From: an uncultured SAR86 cluster bacterium
GTDB lineage: Bacteria; Pseudomonadota; Gammaproteobacteria; Magnimaribacterales; AG-339-G14
Direction: 5' to 3'
Assembly (NCBI GenBank): GCA_902596665.1
Contig: CACJUN010000003.1
Span: 143,536-207,535 of the forward strand
Length of the DNA stretch: 64,000 bases
Below are positions 41,168 to 51,805 of this stretch, piece by piece. A program made the position numbers and the translations under genes. The notes beneath the pieces are model-generated. The model saw nothing but the letters and a program-made list of their open reading frames with translations. It searched no databases and was not told the DNA's origin. Position 1 is the stretch's first letter, and every line of letters starts with the position of its first letter.

Positions 41168-42439
41168 GTGAATTTCTTAATTATTGGTAATGGTGGAAGG
41201 GAGCACGCCTTTGCATGGAAAATCTCCCAAAGCTCTCTTGTTCAAAAAGTTTTCATTGCTCCTGGAAATGCGGGAACTGAAAAAGAAAATAAGTGTGAAA
41301 ATATAAATATTGATTCCGAAGATATATCTGCACTGAGAGATTTTGCCATTGAAAAATCTATAGACCTTACTATTGTCGGCCCTGAAGCCCCCCTAGTGAA
41401 AGGAATCGTTGATGAGTTTGAAAAACATAAATTACTTATTTTAGGTCCTTCTAAAAAAGCTTCGCAAATTGAAGGATCAAAAAAATTTATGAAAGATTTT
41501 TTAAAGAAAAATCATATCCGTACTGCTGAGTATGAAGTCTTTGAAGACTATGAAAAGTCAAAGGAATATATATCAAAGTCTAAGTTTCCTATTGTTATTA
41601 AGGCGGACGGTCTTGCCGCTGGAAAAGGTGTAACCATTGCGCACTCAGCTGAAGAAGCACACAAAGCACTAGATGATGCTATGCAAAAAAAGATATTTGG
41701 TTCTGCAGGTACAAAAGTTGTTATAGAAGATTTTCTACAAGGAGAAGAAGCGAGTTTCATTGTTTTATGCGATGGTAAAAAAACCATTCCTTTTGCTTCT
41801 TCTCAAGATCATAAAGCCAGAGATAATAATGATTTAGGCCCGAATACGGGAGGTATGGGAGCATATTCTCCAGCCCCTATTGTGACGGAGGAAATTCATA
41901 AGCAAGTAATGGAAAAAATCATAAAGCCAACAATTGATGGCCTTAAATCAGAAGGAATAACTTACAAAGGCTTTCTCTATGCTGGGTTAATGATAAAAAA
42001 TTCAGAAATTAGTGTATTGGAGTTTAACTGTCGGTTTGGAGATCCAGAGACACAACCAATTCTCATGAGAATGGAATCTGATTTAGCTGAGATTTGTCTT
42101 TTAGCTGCGCAAGGTAATTTAAACGAAAGAGAAATTTCTTGGACTAAAGATTCAGCTCTTGGTGTAGTAATAGCATCCAAAGGCTACCCTTTTGAATATG
42201 AGAAAAACAAAGAAATTAATAATTTAGAAAATGAAAATTCACGCCAAAAAGTCTTTCATGCGGGAACAAAAACTCAAGAAGGAAAAGTTCTTAGCAATGG
42301 AGGAAGGGTTCTATGCGTTACTGCATTAGGCATTACTTTGCTAGATTCAAAAAATTTAGCTTATCAAAAAGTCAAAAATATAGACTGGAAGGATGGATTT
42401 TATCGAGATGATATTGGTGATAAAGCTATTAAATCCTGA
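41168..42439 (+). CDS. purD: Phosphoribosylamine-glycine ligase
   Basis: GGREHA, KADGLAAGKGV, NTGGMGAYSP, EFNCRFGDPE. Confidence 0.97.
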   Translation: MNFLIIGNGGREHAFAWKISQSSLVQKVFIAPGNAGTEKENKCENINIDSEDISALRDFAIEKSIDLTIVGPEAPLVKGIVDEFEKHKLLILGPSKKASQIEGSKKFMKDFLKKNHIRTAEYEVFEDYEKSKEYISKSKFPIVIKADGLAAGKGVTIAHSAEEAHKALDDAMQKKIFGSAGTKVVIEDFLQGEEASFIVLCDGKKTIPFASSQDHKARDNNDLGPNTGGMGAYSPAPIVTEEIHKQVMEKIIKPTIDGLKSEGITYKGFLYAGLMIKNSEISVLEFNCRFGDPETQPILMRMESDLAEICLLAAQGNLNEREISWTKDSALGVVIASKGYPFEYEKNKEINNLENENSRQKVFHAGTKTQEGKVLSNGGRVLCVTALGITLLDSKNLAYQKVKNIDWKDGFYRDDIGDKAIKS

Positions 42440-43203
42440 ACTGCCTTATAAGGTTCTTTTTTTCTCATAAAAAATTCTCCAACCAAAAAGTTGTAAATAT
42501 TGGCTTCGTTGAGATCATTTATGTCATCTTTGGAATAGATGCCGCTTTCGGAGATAATTAATTGACCTTTAGGTAGCATTTTTTTGATTTTGATCGAATT
42601 ATTAATATCTACATCAAAAGTCTTCAAATCTCGATTATTTATTCCTAAAAGTTCAGGTGAAACTGCCATTGCTATTTCTGCTTCCTTCTCATCATGAACT
42701 TCTATAAGAACATCTAATTCATTTTCTTTTGCGATTTGATAAAAATCTTTAATTTTATTTTTATCTAAAATTGAAGCAATCAGAAGAATGCAATCCGCCC
42801 CAAAAGCTTTGGATTCCAAAATTTGTATTTCATCAATTATGAAGTCCTTTCGCAAAATAGGTAAATGACAGATTTTTCTTACCTCTAATAAATAATCAAG
42901 ACTACCTAGAAAAAAATCAGGTTCTGTTAGTATGCTGAGACAGGCAGCTCCTCCCTTCTCATATTGCTTAGCAGTCCAGATGGGATCGAAATCTTCTCTA
43001 ATAATACCCTTGCTTGGTGAGGCTTTTTTTATTTCTGCAACTACAGAATTTCTTTGCTCTTCTGAGGATTTGTGTAGAGTTTCAACAAATTTTCTTTTTT
43101 TATATTCCTTTCCGTTACTTTGAAGATTTTCTCTAGAAAAGGTAGATTTCAAAGTTTCAACCCTTTGTTCGGTTCTTTGAATAATTTTTTCAAGATGATT
43201 CAT
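42400..43203 (-). CDS. trpC: Indole-3-glycerol phosphate synthase
   Basis: AEIKKASPSKG, LRKDF, GINNRDL, SESGI. Confidence 0.96.
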   Translation of the reverse strand: MNHLEKIIQRTEQRVETLKSTFSRENLQSNGKEYKKRKFVETLHKSSEEQRNSVVAEIKKASPSKGIIREDFDPIWTAKQYEKGGAACLSILTEPDFFLGSLDYLLEVRKICHLPILRKDFIIDEIQILESKAFGADCILLIASILDKNKIKDFYQIAKENELDVLIEVHDEKEAEIAMAVSPELLGINNRDLKTFDVDINNSIKIKKMLPKGQLIISESGIYSKDDINDLNEANIYNFLVGEFFMRKKEPYKAVQDLIALSPISSR

Positions 43204-43210
43204 AAATTAC

Positions 43211-44218
43211 CTAAGACTTAAAATTTATAAACTCATCAAATTTCTCAAGTGCTTTGCCTGAAGAAATGAGTTCGTAAGCAAGATCGTATCCGTCTTCAAA
43301 ATTATCTACTACAGAAGATATTTTCAAAGCTGGAGCTGCATTTAAAGAAATTATCTCCTTGCCTGGTAAGAATTTATTTTCAAAAGAATCTATAACTTTC
43401 CTTACACTATCTTGAGGAGAATCTATTTCTAAATCAGAAAGATTTTTAGATTTTAAGTTAAAAGCTTTTGGATCTATTTCATGAGTAATAAGTTCACTCT
43501 TAGATAATTCTATTAATTGGGTTTTACTGGAGAAAGAAATTTCATCTAAGCCATCATCTGAATGAAAAATTGCTGCAGCTTTGCAATTCAAATTTCTCAA
43601 AGCCTCGCCAACTGGTTTTATCCATTTACCGTGAAAAACACCAATAGACTGAATGTTTGCGCCTGCGGGATTTGATAGAGGACCCAAAAGGTTAAAAATA
43701 GTTTTTTTACCCAGGATTTTTCTTGCTTCCATGACATATTTCATACCTGGATGATGATTTTGGGCAAATAGAAATCCTAATCCTACTTTATCTAAAGAGT
43801 CAGAAAAATATTCAGATGACTTATTTAAATTGATACCTGCTGCTTCTAAGAAATCAGCGCTACCGCTTTTTCCAGTTGCGGTTCTATTTCCATGCTTTGC
43901 AACTTTTAAGCCTGCCGCAGCTAGAACAAAACTGACAGAAGTAGAAATATTTATCATTTTTTTTCCTAGCCCTCCTGTACCGCAACAATCAATAACTTGA
44001 TTATGATTAACATCAATGGATTTAGAATTTTTTCGCATTGAAGTAGTAGCTCCAGCCAATTCATCAGGGGTTTCTCCTTTTTTGTCAAGAGCATCCAAGA
44101 GACTAGTAAGGGAATTTGTATCTACCTCTCCGTTAAAAATTTTATCAAAAAGTTGTTCCGTCTCATCCAAAGTAAGGTTGATCTTTTTTTTAATGTTTTC
44201 TATTAAAGTATCAATCAT
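43211..44218 (-). CDS. trpD: Anthranilate phosphoribosyltransferase
   Basis: DCCGTGG, NISTS, KHGNR, GSAD, NLLGPL.NP, DGLDE. Confidence 0.95.
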   Translation of the reverse strand: MIDTLIENIKKKINLTLDETEQLFDKIFNGEVDTNSLTSLLDALDKKGETPDELAGATTSMRKNSKSIDVNHNQVIDCCGTGGLGKKMINISTSVSFVLAAAGLKVAKHGNRTATGKSGSADFLEAAGINLNKSSEYFSDSLDKVGLGFLFAQNHHPGMKYVMEARKILGKKTIFNLLGPLSNPAGANIQSIGVFHGKWIKPVGEALRNLNCKAAAIFHSDDGLDEISFSSKTQLIELSKSELITHEIDPKAFNLKSKNLSDLEIDSPQDSVRKVIDSFENKFLPGKEIISLNAAPALKISSVVDNFEDGYDLAYELISSGKALEKFDEFINFKS

Positions 44219-44780
44219 TTACTTTTAGGAAATTATTCAACATGGTCATCCCATCCATAGTTTTTAGCGATTCAGGATGAAATTGAAGGCCGTAAATTTC
44301 TTGGGAATTGTGTTTTATACCCATTATTGTCCCGTCTTCTGTCCAAGCGTTAACAAAAAAATCCTTGCTCAAAGTTTCTGGATCTATAACCAATGAATGG
44401 TACCTAGTTGCCTGAAAAGGACTTTCAATATTTTTAAAAATTTCTGAGCCGTCATGAATCACATTAGAAATCTTTCCATGCATAATTTGATTAGCTTTAA
44501 CTATTTTTGCACCAAAAGCTGCTCCAATTGCCTGATGTCCAAGACATACGCCTAAAATAGGAATCTTTCCAGAAAATTTTTTGATTGTATCTATTGAAAT
44601 GCCCGCCTCATAAGGAGTACAGGGACCAGGAGAAATTACTATAAATTCTGGATTGAGATCCTCAATTTGATCAAGACTGGCCTCATCATTACGCAGAACT
44701 TTAACTTTCTGTCCTAATTCACCAAAATATTGAACTAAATTGAAAGTGAAAGAGTCATAGTTATCTATCATTAGAAGCAT
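44211..44780 (-). CDS. trpG: Anthranilate synthase component II
   Basis: IDNYDSFT, SPGP, GVCLGHQ, RYHSL, QFHPES. Confidence 0.95.
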   Translation of the reverse strand: MLLMIDNYDSFTFNLVQYFGELGQKVKVLRNDEASLDQIEDLNPEFIVISPGPCTPYEAGISIDTIKKFSGKIPILGVCLGHQAIGAAFGAKIVKANQIMHGKISNVIHDGSEIFKNIESPFQATRYHSLVIDPETLSKDFFVNAWTEDGTIMGIKHNSQEIYGLQFHPESLKTMDGMTMLNNFLKVND

Positions 44781-46135
44781 TAGTCCATCTCCTCAACAGC
44801 TTTCATAATGGACATAGCTTTATTCAATGATTCTTGATACTCACTCTCTGGATCAGAATCATAAACAATGCCTCCACCAGCTCTTACACTAAGATTTTTC
44901 CCTTGAATAACTGCTGTTCTTATTGCAATTGCGACATCCATATTTCCAGTCCAAGATAAATAACCTACAGCTCCTCCATAGACTCCCCTTCTATCGGGTT
45001 CAAGCTCATCAATTATTTCCATTGCCCTTATTTTTGGAGCACCAGATAAAGTACCCGCTGGAAAAGTCGCTTTTAAAACATCAATAGAAGTAAGTCCTTT
45101 TTTTATTTTTCCTACAACATTTGATACAAGATGCATGACGTGTGAATATTTCTCAATTTTCATCTCCTCTGTAGTCTTAACGCTGCCGACCTCAGCTATC
45201 CTTCCAACGTCGTTTCTTCCTAAATCAATAAGCATAAGATGCTCAGCTATTTCTTTTGGATCACTTTTTAACTTATCAGCCAATTCTTTATCTTCTTTGT
45301 TATCTTTTCCTCTTTTTACGGTTCCAGCGATTGGTCTCACTGTAACCTCTTCATTTTGAAGCCTCACTAAAATTTCTGGAGAGGCTCCTACAATGTGTAA
45401 GTCATCAATTTTCATGAGGTACATATACGGAGAAGGATTTAGTTTTCGCAAAGATCTATATAAATCAATTGGCGATCCTTCAAATTTTGTGGAGAATTCT
45501 TGTCCATAGACAACCTGCATCACATCTCCTTCAACGATATAATTTTTTATCTTTTTAATAGCTTCAAGATAATCTTCTTTTTTTACAGATGATTCAAAAT
45601 TAATAACTCCTTTTTTGGATGATTTTTGAGAAGGTAGGGGTTCTAAAATTTTTTTATGAATAAGTTCAATTCTTTGATGGCATTCTTTTTTTGTATCTTC
45701 AGTGCCGTGAACAACTATAAAAAGAGATTTTTTTAGATTATCGTAAATTACAACTTCATTGGAAACCATCAGGGATATATCAGGATAAGGGAGTTTTTCT
45801 TTAGATGAATTTTGAAGCTTTTTTTCTATGTGTCTTATTGTTTCATAGCTAAAGTATCCTACTAATCCCCCATGGAAATCAGGCAAATTAGGAATTGATT
45901 GAGCTTTATTTTGTTTGAGAAAATTCTCTATGTCCTTCAAAGGATTCTTAGAGAGGTCTATTTTCTTATCGGTAGGTAGGCCAATTATTGAATATCTGGC
46001 CCATTTTTCTCCGCCTTCAACTGACTCAAAAAGGTAGGAATTTCTATCATCCATGAATTTAAGATAGATGCTGAGAGGAGTTTCTAGATCTCCTGAAATT
46101 TCTTTGAAAAAAGGAATTTTAGTAACGCTTTCCAT
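44780..46135 (-). CDS. trpE: Anthranilate synthase component I
   Basis: LFESVEGGEKWARYS, NPSPY, EHLMLIDLGRND, PAGTLSGAPK; start 46135 preferred over 46159. Confidence 0.95.
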   Translation of the reverse strand: MESVTKIPFFKEISGDLETPLSIYLKFMDDRNSYLFESVEGGEKWARYSIIGLPTDKKIDLSKNPLKDIENFLKQNKAQSIPNLPDFHGGLVGYFSYETIRHIEKKLQNSSKEKLPYPDISLMVSNEVVIYDNLKKSLFIVVHGTEDTKKECHQRIELIHKKILEPLPSQKSSKKGVINFESSVKKEDYLEAIKKIKNYIVEGDVMQVVYGQEFSTKFEGSPIDLYRSLRKLNPSPYMYLMKIDDLHIVGASPEILVRLQNEEVTVRPIAGTVKRGKDNKEDKELADKLKSDPKEIAEHLMLIDLGRNDVGRIAEVGSVKTTEEMKIEKYSHVMHLVSNVVGKIKKGLTSIDVLKATFPAGTLSGAPKIRAMEIIDELEPDRRGVYGGAVGYLSWTGNMDVAIAIRTAVIQGKNLSVRAGGGIVYDSDPESEYQESLNKAMSIMKAVEEMD

Positions 46136-46529
46136 ATTGTCTACTTCCGATGAGTTCACCTCTATTTGCCTCGACTACAAGCTTAGCCCTGTGACAAATA
46201 CTTTTTTCTGAAAATGGAATACCTTTTTCAATTATTTCTGAATTCGATCCAATAAATTTAATATCAAGAGGGATAGAAGTGTTTCTCATCCAAAAACATT
46301 TGGTTGATAAATTTTGAAAATGAAATTTTATAATGTGATTAGGAGGCAGGTAATCAACATACATTAGACCCTTCCTTCTATCAGCAGGCTTATACAAGTT
46401 TTTAACACAGTATTCTCCTTCTTCTTCAATGTATCCTTCTGCACATAAATTAGAGGAATTTTCTTCTCCAGCTAAAGGGAAGCAAATAAAGCTAACTAAA
46501 ATTATTCTTAAGATTTTTGATTGCATCAA
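46119..46529 (-). CDS. DUF192-family exported protein
   Basis: Signal peptide; [27 protein letters not shown]. Confidence 0.8.
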   Translation of the reverse strand: MMQSKILRIILVSFICFPLAGEENSSNLCAEGYIEEEGEYCVKNLYKPADRRKGLMYVDYLPPNHIIKFHFQNLSTKCFWMRNTSIPLDIKFIGSNSEIIEKGIPFSEKSICHRAKLVVEANRGELIGSRQYGKRY

Positions 46530-47166
46530 AATAATTGGGTTTGTTAAAAATTGCTGATCCAGCTACAAAAGTATCAGCACCGGATTTCGAAATCTCTCCT
46601 ATATTGTCTTCCTTAACGCCACCATCAACCTCCAATCTAATTTTAAGATTTGAGGTATCAATTATTTTTCTCATTTCTTTAATTTTATTCATGACTTCAG
46701 GTATAAATTCTTGCCCGCCAAAACCGGGAAAAACACTCATTAATAAAACCATATATAAATCATCCATGTATGGCTTGATAACATCCAGAGAAATATCAGG
46801 ATTTAAAACTAAACCAGGGCTGCACCCTAGATCAGAAATTAATTTAAGTGATTTTTCCGGATCTTCTGATGCTTCAGGATGAAAAGTGATCGAAGTGGCT
46901 CCTGCGTCTGCGAACATTTTAATCAATTCATCTACGGGATTGACCATTAAGTGAACATCTAAAGGACAATCTATTCCATTGTCCCTGAGAGATTTGCAGA
47001 CCATAGGGCCTACAGTTAAATTTGGCACGAAATGGTTATCCATCACATCGAAATGAATCCATTCAGCTCCTGCTTCTAATACAGATTCAACTTCACTTCC
47101 TAAGTTTGCAAAGTCAGCAGACAGAATTGAAGGAGCAATTATATTTTTCTGTTTAGCCACAGACAA
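46492..47166 (-). CDS. rpe: Ribulose-phosphate 3-epimerase
   Basis: [36 protein letters not shown]. Confidence 0.97.
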   Translation of the reverse strand: MSVAKQKNIIAPSILSADFANLGSEVESVLEAGAEWIHFDVMDNHFVPNLTVGPMVCKSLRDNGIDCPLDVHLMVNPVDELIKMFADAGATSITFHPEASEDPEKSLKLISDLGCSPGLVLNPDISLDVIKPYMDDLYMVLLMSVFPGFGGQEFIPEVMNKIKEMRKIIDTSNLKIRLEVDGGVKEDNIGEISKSGADTFVAGSAIFNKPNYFDAIKNLKNNFS

Positions 47167-47169
47167 ATT

Positions 47170-47799
47170 CTACACAAAATCTAGATCTTCTTTTGTATTA
47201 ATATTCTTTAAAACGCCCTCGTAAATTTCAGCGGATACTTTATTTTTCTTCACGGCAGGTAAAATAATGTCCTTCCAAAATTCTTTATGTTGTTTGTTTC
47301 TGTCTGCCAATAAAGTTGGGTTAATTAAGGCAATTCCTCCGTAGTTAAAGCCAGTTCCCTCTTCAACTATTCCTTCGTTTATTGAAAAATCTCCAGTTGA
47401 TTTATTGTTTTTTACGGCAATCAAATGCGCTCCGTCCACTTTATTTCTCAGCCTTTCTAAAGGATATTCGGTGTATAAGTCTCCTGAAACTAAAACAAAA
47501 GTCTCTGTTCCAATCTCTTCTTTTGCTTTTATCAGTGCACCGCCTGTTCCCATCAATGTATCTTCTTCAGAAAAAGTTATATTGATTTCAAAGTTTTTTT
47601 TACGATTTAAAAATTCTTTAATGGCCTCGGGTTTATGATGTAAGTTGATAATGATTTCGGAAACATTGATTTCCTTCAACTTTCTAATATGCCTTTCTAA
47701 GAGACTCGTACCCTTAATTTCAACAAGACATTTTGGGATTTGGTTTGATATTGGTCTCAACCTAGTCCCTAAACCAGCACATAAAATAAAAGCCTTCAT
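47170..47799 (-). CDS. murU: MurNAc-alpha-1-P uridylyltransferase
   Basis: AGLGTRLRP..PK nucleotidyltransferase motif; paired with amgK, divergent from lptD. Confidence 0.8.
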   Translation of the reverse strand: MKAFILCAGLGTRLRPISNQIPKCLVEIKGTSLLERHIRKLKEINVSEIIINLHHKPEAIKEFLNRKKNFEINITFSEEDTLMGTGGALIKAKEEIGTETFVLVSGDLYTEYPLERLRNKVDGAHLIAVKNNKSTGDFSINEGIVEEGTGFNYGGIALINPTLLADRNKQHKEFWKDIILPAVKKNKVSAEIYEGVLKNINTKEDLDFV

Positions 47800-48764
47800 T
47801 TGAAAATCTGTAAAAACCTCGAAAAATCTTTTAGTTCTTTATATCGTGACATTGAATCAATTAGATAATTTATTAAAACCGGAAAGTCATTAAGTCTATC
47901 GTCCCTGTTAAGTGTTATGGATACTTGGGAAAGTTTTCCTAAAATTCTAATCTGTCTTTGCATGGCACAAAATTCAATATCTTCTTTAAAATCTTCTAAT
48001 GATTTTATCTCTTCATTTTGCGTATTTTTTTTATAGTAATCTAACCAATCATCCACTTGCTTTTTATCCCAGACCATATAAAGATCTTTGAAAATCGAGG
48101 CTAAATCAAGAGCGTAAGGGGCAATCATGGCATCCTGAAAGTCTAAAACGCCTGTCTCTTTTGAATCAAGATAAATTAGGTTTCTTGTTTCAAAATCATA
48201 ATGAGAAATACAGAGCGGTAGTTCATAGAACCTTTTGAGGATAAAGTTGTATCCTTCATTAATAGCATCAAAAGGGATACTTGAATCTGATAAATTAAGA
48301 TACCCCCTGCAAAAAAAATCAATAAATAAGTCCTTATTTGCAATAGATTTTTCTAAATCAAAATGATCAAAAATCTCGGTATCACAATCTATATTTTGTA
48401 TTCGAATGAGCTGGTCTAATGCCGATTTTATAAAAATGTCACTGTTTTCCTGAGTAATGTTCAATTGATAGAGATTATCTGAGAAATCTTCAATAATTAA
48501 ATGGCATAGATCGTCATTACGAAAATAGATTTCTGGGACTTTTACTTGAAAGGATTTAAAGACGTCAGCTTTTTTACAGAAAGATTCAATACTCTCATCT
48601 ATGCCTTTGGGAGCATACATGAGAATAAAAGTTTTTCCTTGAAAATTAAATCTGAAATAGTCTCTCTGGCTGGACTCTGTTCTTAACTTTGAAAAGGAAA
48701 AGGTTTCCTCTGTTTTAAAACAAGAACTTATCCAGCTAGAGGAGTCATCAGAAATGGAATCCAC
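47796..48764 (-). CDS. amgK: Anomeric MurNAc/GlcNAc kinase (APH-fold phosphotransferase)
   Basis: ESSQRDYFR, HYDFETRNL, LDFQDA..P.ALDLAS; synteny. Confidence 0.8.
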   Translation of the reverse strand: MDSISDDSSSWISSCFKTEETFSFSKLRTESSQRDYFRFNFQGKTFILMYAPKGIDESIESFCKKADVFKSFQVKVPEIYFRNDDLCHLIIEDFSDNLYQLNITQENSDIFIKSALDQLIRIQNIDCDTEIFDHFDLEKSIANKDLFIDFFCRGYLNLSDSSIPFDAINEGYNFILKRFYELPLCISHYDFETRNLIYLDSKETGVLDFQDAMIAPYALDLASIFKDLYMVWDKKQVDDWLDYYKKNTQNEEIKSLEDFKEDIEFCAMQRQIRILGKLSQVSITLNRDDRLNDFPVLINYLIDSMSRYKELKDFSRFLQIFK

Positions 48765-48766
48765 TT

Positions 48767-49624
48767 TTAACTTTTCTTTGCAGCCTCAGGAGGCGGCATA
48801 TCTTCAGGGACGAAAAAGTCTGGAGCCAATTGATCGAAAGGAACATCTGCGTATACAGAAAAGTCACTTACACCATTTTCTGCAAGAAGAGTGTCATCTA
48901 TGCAAAAGTTTCCTGAAAATTCTTTGGATGGCTTGGTAAGAATTACATAAGCTGCATCTGCCATTATTTCTGGCCCCCTCGAAATATTAACTAATTGCTC
49001 CCCGCCTAAGACATTCTTAACAGCGGCGGTAGCTATGGCAGTTCTAGGCCAAAGTGCATTTACTGCAACTCCATCATCTTTAAATTCTGCAGCCATACCC
49101 AGAACACAAAGACTCATTCCAAATTTCGCCATTGAATAAGCAACGTGCCCTGAAAACCAATCTGGATTCATATCTAGTGGAGGTGAAATATTTAAAATAT
49201 GAGGATTCTCTGACTTCAATAAATGAGGAAGGCAACTTTTTGAAGTAACAAATGTCCCTCTTGCATTAATTTGATTCATCAAATCGTACCTTTTCATATC
49301 TGTTTGAAGGGTATTAGTTAATTGAATTGCACTTGCGTTGTTAACACAGATATCAATTCCACCAAATTTTTTCACTCCTTCTTCAACAGCATTCAAAACC
49401 TGCCCTTCTTCTCGAACATCTACAATTACTGGTAATGCCATCCCACCAGCTTTTTCAATCTCATCAGCAGCGGTATAAATAGTTCCTGGTAATTTAGGAT
49501 GAGGTTCAGCTGTTTTTGCCGCCAATATTATATTTGCTCCATCTTTTGCTGCCTTTAAAGCAATAGCTAATCCAATTCCTCTGCTAGCTCCTGTAATGAA
49601 TAGTGTTTTTCCTTCTAAACTCAT
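48767..49624 (-). CDS. HSDL2-like short-chain dehydrogenase
   Basis: TGASRGIG, KTAEPHPKLPGTI, NNASAI, YSMAK, NALWP. Confidence 0.9.
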   Translation of the reverse strand: MSLEGKTLFITGASRGIGLAIALKAAKDGANIILAAKTAEPHPKLPGTIYTAADEIEKAGGMALPVIVDVREEGQVLNAVEEGVKKFGGIDICVNNASAIQLTNTLQTDMKRYDLMNQINARGTFVTSKSCLPHLLKSENPHILNISPPLDMNPDWFSGHVAYSMAKFGMSLCVLGMAAEFKDDGVAVNALWPRTAIATAAVKNVLGGEQLVNISRGPEIMADAAYVILTKPSKEFSGNFCIDDTLLAENGVSDFSVYADVPFDQLAPDFFVPEDMPPPEAAKKS

Positions 49625-49727
49625 GCTTACCTCAAATATTATTAATTTTCTATTTTAACCTTCAAAAGATAAAATTATCACCAATATAGAACGAATCTCT
49701 AATGGTTATCTCCAAGTAATTAATAAA

Positions 49728-51803
49728 GTGAAGTCATACAAATCGATTCTCCTATTATTTTTCATTTCAAACCTTATTTATCCTCAACTTGAAGAAATTG
49801 ATTTTAATGCTGGGAAAGCCAAATTAGACGGCGAAAATAAAGTTTTAAAATTGAGTGAATCTGTTGAAATTTATTTCAATGACTTCTTCTTACAAGCGGA
49901 TGAGATTAATTTAGATTCTTCTAAAGAGATTCTTTCAGGGAAGAACATTAGTTTTGATTTAATCGATAGGAATGCTTACGGAAAAGCAGATGAAATTCTA
50001 ATCCAAAAAGACAAAGCTCAATTTAAAGGGGTAGAGATGTCTCTATGTCCTTGCAAGAAGAGAATTTGGTGGGTGGAAACCGATGAATTAAGTTTTTCTT
50101 CTCAAGAAGATTTTGGAAACTTTCAGGGAGGGAGATTCTATATTTACGGTACGCCAATATTTATTTTACCTGCAGGAAAGTTTCCTCTTACAACTGAAAA
50201 AAGATCAGGTATCTTGTTACCAGAGTTGTCCTACTCAAATAAAAATGGTTTTGATCTAGAAATTCCATACTACCTAAATCTTGCCAGCAATTACGATATG
50301 ACAATCTCTCCTAGATACATTGAGGAGAGGGGCTTGGCATTTTCATCTAATTTGAGATATTTAACCAAGAGCTCTTCTGGGTCTTTTAACTTCTCTTCTT
50401 TATTCAACGATGTTAATTACGAGAGACTTTTTAATACGGATAGCAACCGTTGGGGTATAAGTTTTAAGCACACAGGCGAAATCACCGATAGCTTATACAT
50501 CGATATTGATTACTCAAATGTGAGTGATTTTCTTTACATAAGAGACCTTGGAAGCGATTTATATGGAGACGAGAAGACGGTAGCTCTTCCACAAAACCTT
50601 AATCTGAGCTGGATAGGTGAATCTGCATCAATACAGGTAAGAGCTTTTTCATTTAAATTGATTGATCCATTCTCCCAGAATCAATTCCGTTCCATCCCAG
50701 AAGTATCGTTTGATTATATTCTGCCTCATGAAAATATTATTTTTAGTTTGAACGGCGAAGTAGCTAATTATGAGAAAGGCGGATCATTCGTTTTCAAGGA
50801 AACCAAAAAGGTTCAAGCTGGAAAATTAAATTTAAGGTTGGGATATAAGTTCTCTAGTTCAGCTTTTGATGCAAGGATTTTCCTAACTAACAACACTCAT
50901 TATGTTTCTAGTAGTGCAGATAGTTCCTTTAACACAAAAGGAATGGAATCAAGATTTATACTGAACTTGGCTAAATCAAATGAGTACTTAAAACCTTTTT
51001 TTAATTTTTCTTTTAAGAAAACTGATGATGGTAAATACGTAAATCCAATTTATCTTGTTTCAAGAATACCTTTCACCAGCATTTATGCTTCAAACCTTGA
51101 GCATGGCTATGCAAATTTGAATAAAAATCAGTTACAGCTTGGCCTCCTTTGGGAAAGATCTCAGCAATCGTCTTTTGCTTTGTTAACTTTTGGACTGACA
51201 AGGTCTTTAGGCAAAAGCGAAATAGGATTTTTAGATTCTATATACGAAAACAAATTCATTCTTCATGATCTTCCTGAACCTATTTTTATTAATTGGCGAT
51301 GGGATAAGAAAAATATTGATTTAAATGGAAACTTTCAATTTGATGAGGATAAGGATTTTTCTTCTTTTGACCTGAGGGCTAGATTTGCGTTTCAAGATAA
51401 TAAGTACTTCTCTTTTGAATACTTAGAGATGGAAAATAGAAATTCTTTTTTATTTAATCAACTTCCTGAAGAAAAATTATCTTTTTTAACTTCAGGATTT
51501 GATCTCCGATTAGAAAAAAATTGGTCTTTAGTAACCAAGCTCTATTATGATTTTGAATTAAAGAAAGTAACAGATAATCTTATTGGACTAGAATACGAAG
51601 ATGAAGGTTTACTTATTGGTTTTGCATTTAGGCAAAGCAAAGAACCAGATTGGCGAAAAATGTTCTTAGAACAAAATAGATTTCAAGATCAACTTTATCC
51701 CGAATATAGCCAAGAAGGCATTAGAATATATCTTGAATTGAAAGGCCTGGGATCTATTGGACAAAAGATTAATCAATATATCAAACCTTTGAAGTTACAA
51801 TAA
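49728..51803 (+). CDS. lptD: LPS assembly protein LptD (divergent)
   Basis: RSGILLP, PYYLNLASNYD.T..P, VSD..Y.RD, ELKGLG; upstream of surA. Confidence 0.88.
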   Translation: MKSYKSILLLFFISNLIYPQLEEIDFNAGKAKLDGENKVLKLSESVEIYFNDFFLQADEINLDSSKEILSGKNISFDLIDRNAYGKADEILIQKDKAQFKGVEMSLCPCKKRIWWVETDELSFSSQEDFGNFQGGRFYIYGTPIFILPAGKFPLTTEKRSGILLPELSYSNKNGFDLEIPYYLNLASNYDMTISPRYIEERGLAFSSNLRYLTKSSSGSFNFSSLFNDVNYERLFNTDSNRWGISFKHTGEITDSLYIDIDYSNVSDFLYIRDLGSDLYGDEKTVALPQNLNLSWIGESASIQVRAFSFKLIDPFSQNQFRSIPEVSFDYILPHENIIFSLNGEVANYEKGGSFVFKETKKVQAGKLNLRLGYKFSSSAFDARIFLTNNTHYVSSSADSSFNTKGMESRFILNLAKSNEYLKPFFNFSFKKTDDGKYVNPIYLVSRIPFTSIYASNLEHGYANLNKNQLQLGLLWERSQQSSFALLTFGLTRSLGKSEIGFLDSIYENKFILHDLPEPIFINWRWDKKNIDLNGNFQFDEDKDFSSFDLRARFAFQDNKYFSFEYLEMENRNSFLFNQLPEEKLSFLTSGFDLRLEKNWSLVTKLYYDFELKKVTDNLIGLEYEDEGLLIGFAFRQSKEPDWRKMFLEQNRFQDQLYPEYSQEGIRIYLELKGLGSIGQKINQYIKPLKLQ

Positions 51804-51805
51804 AT

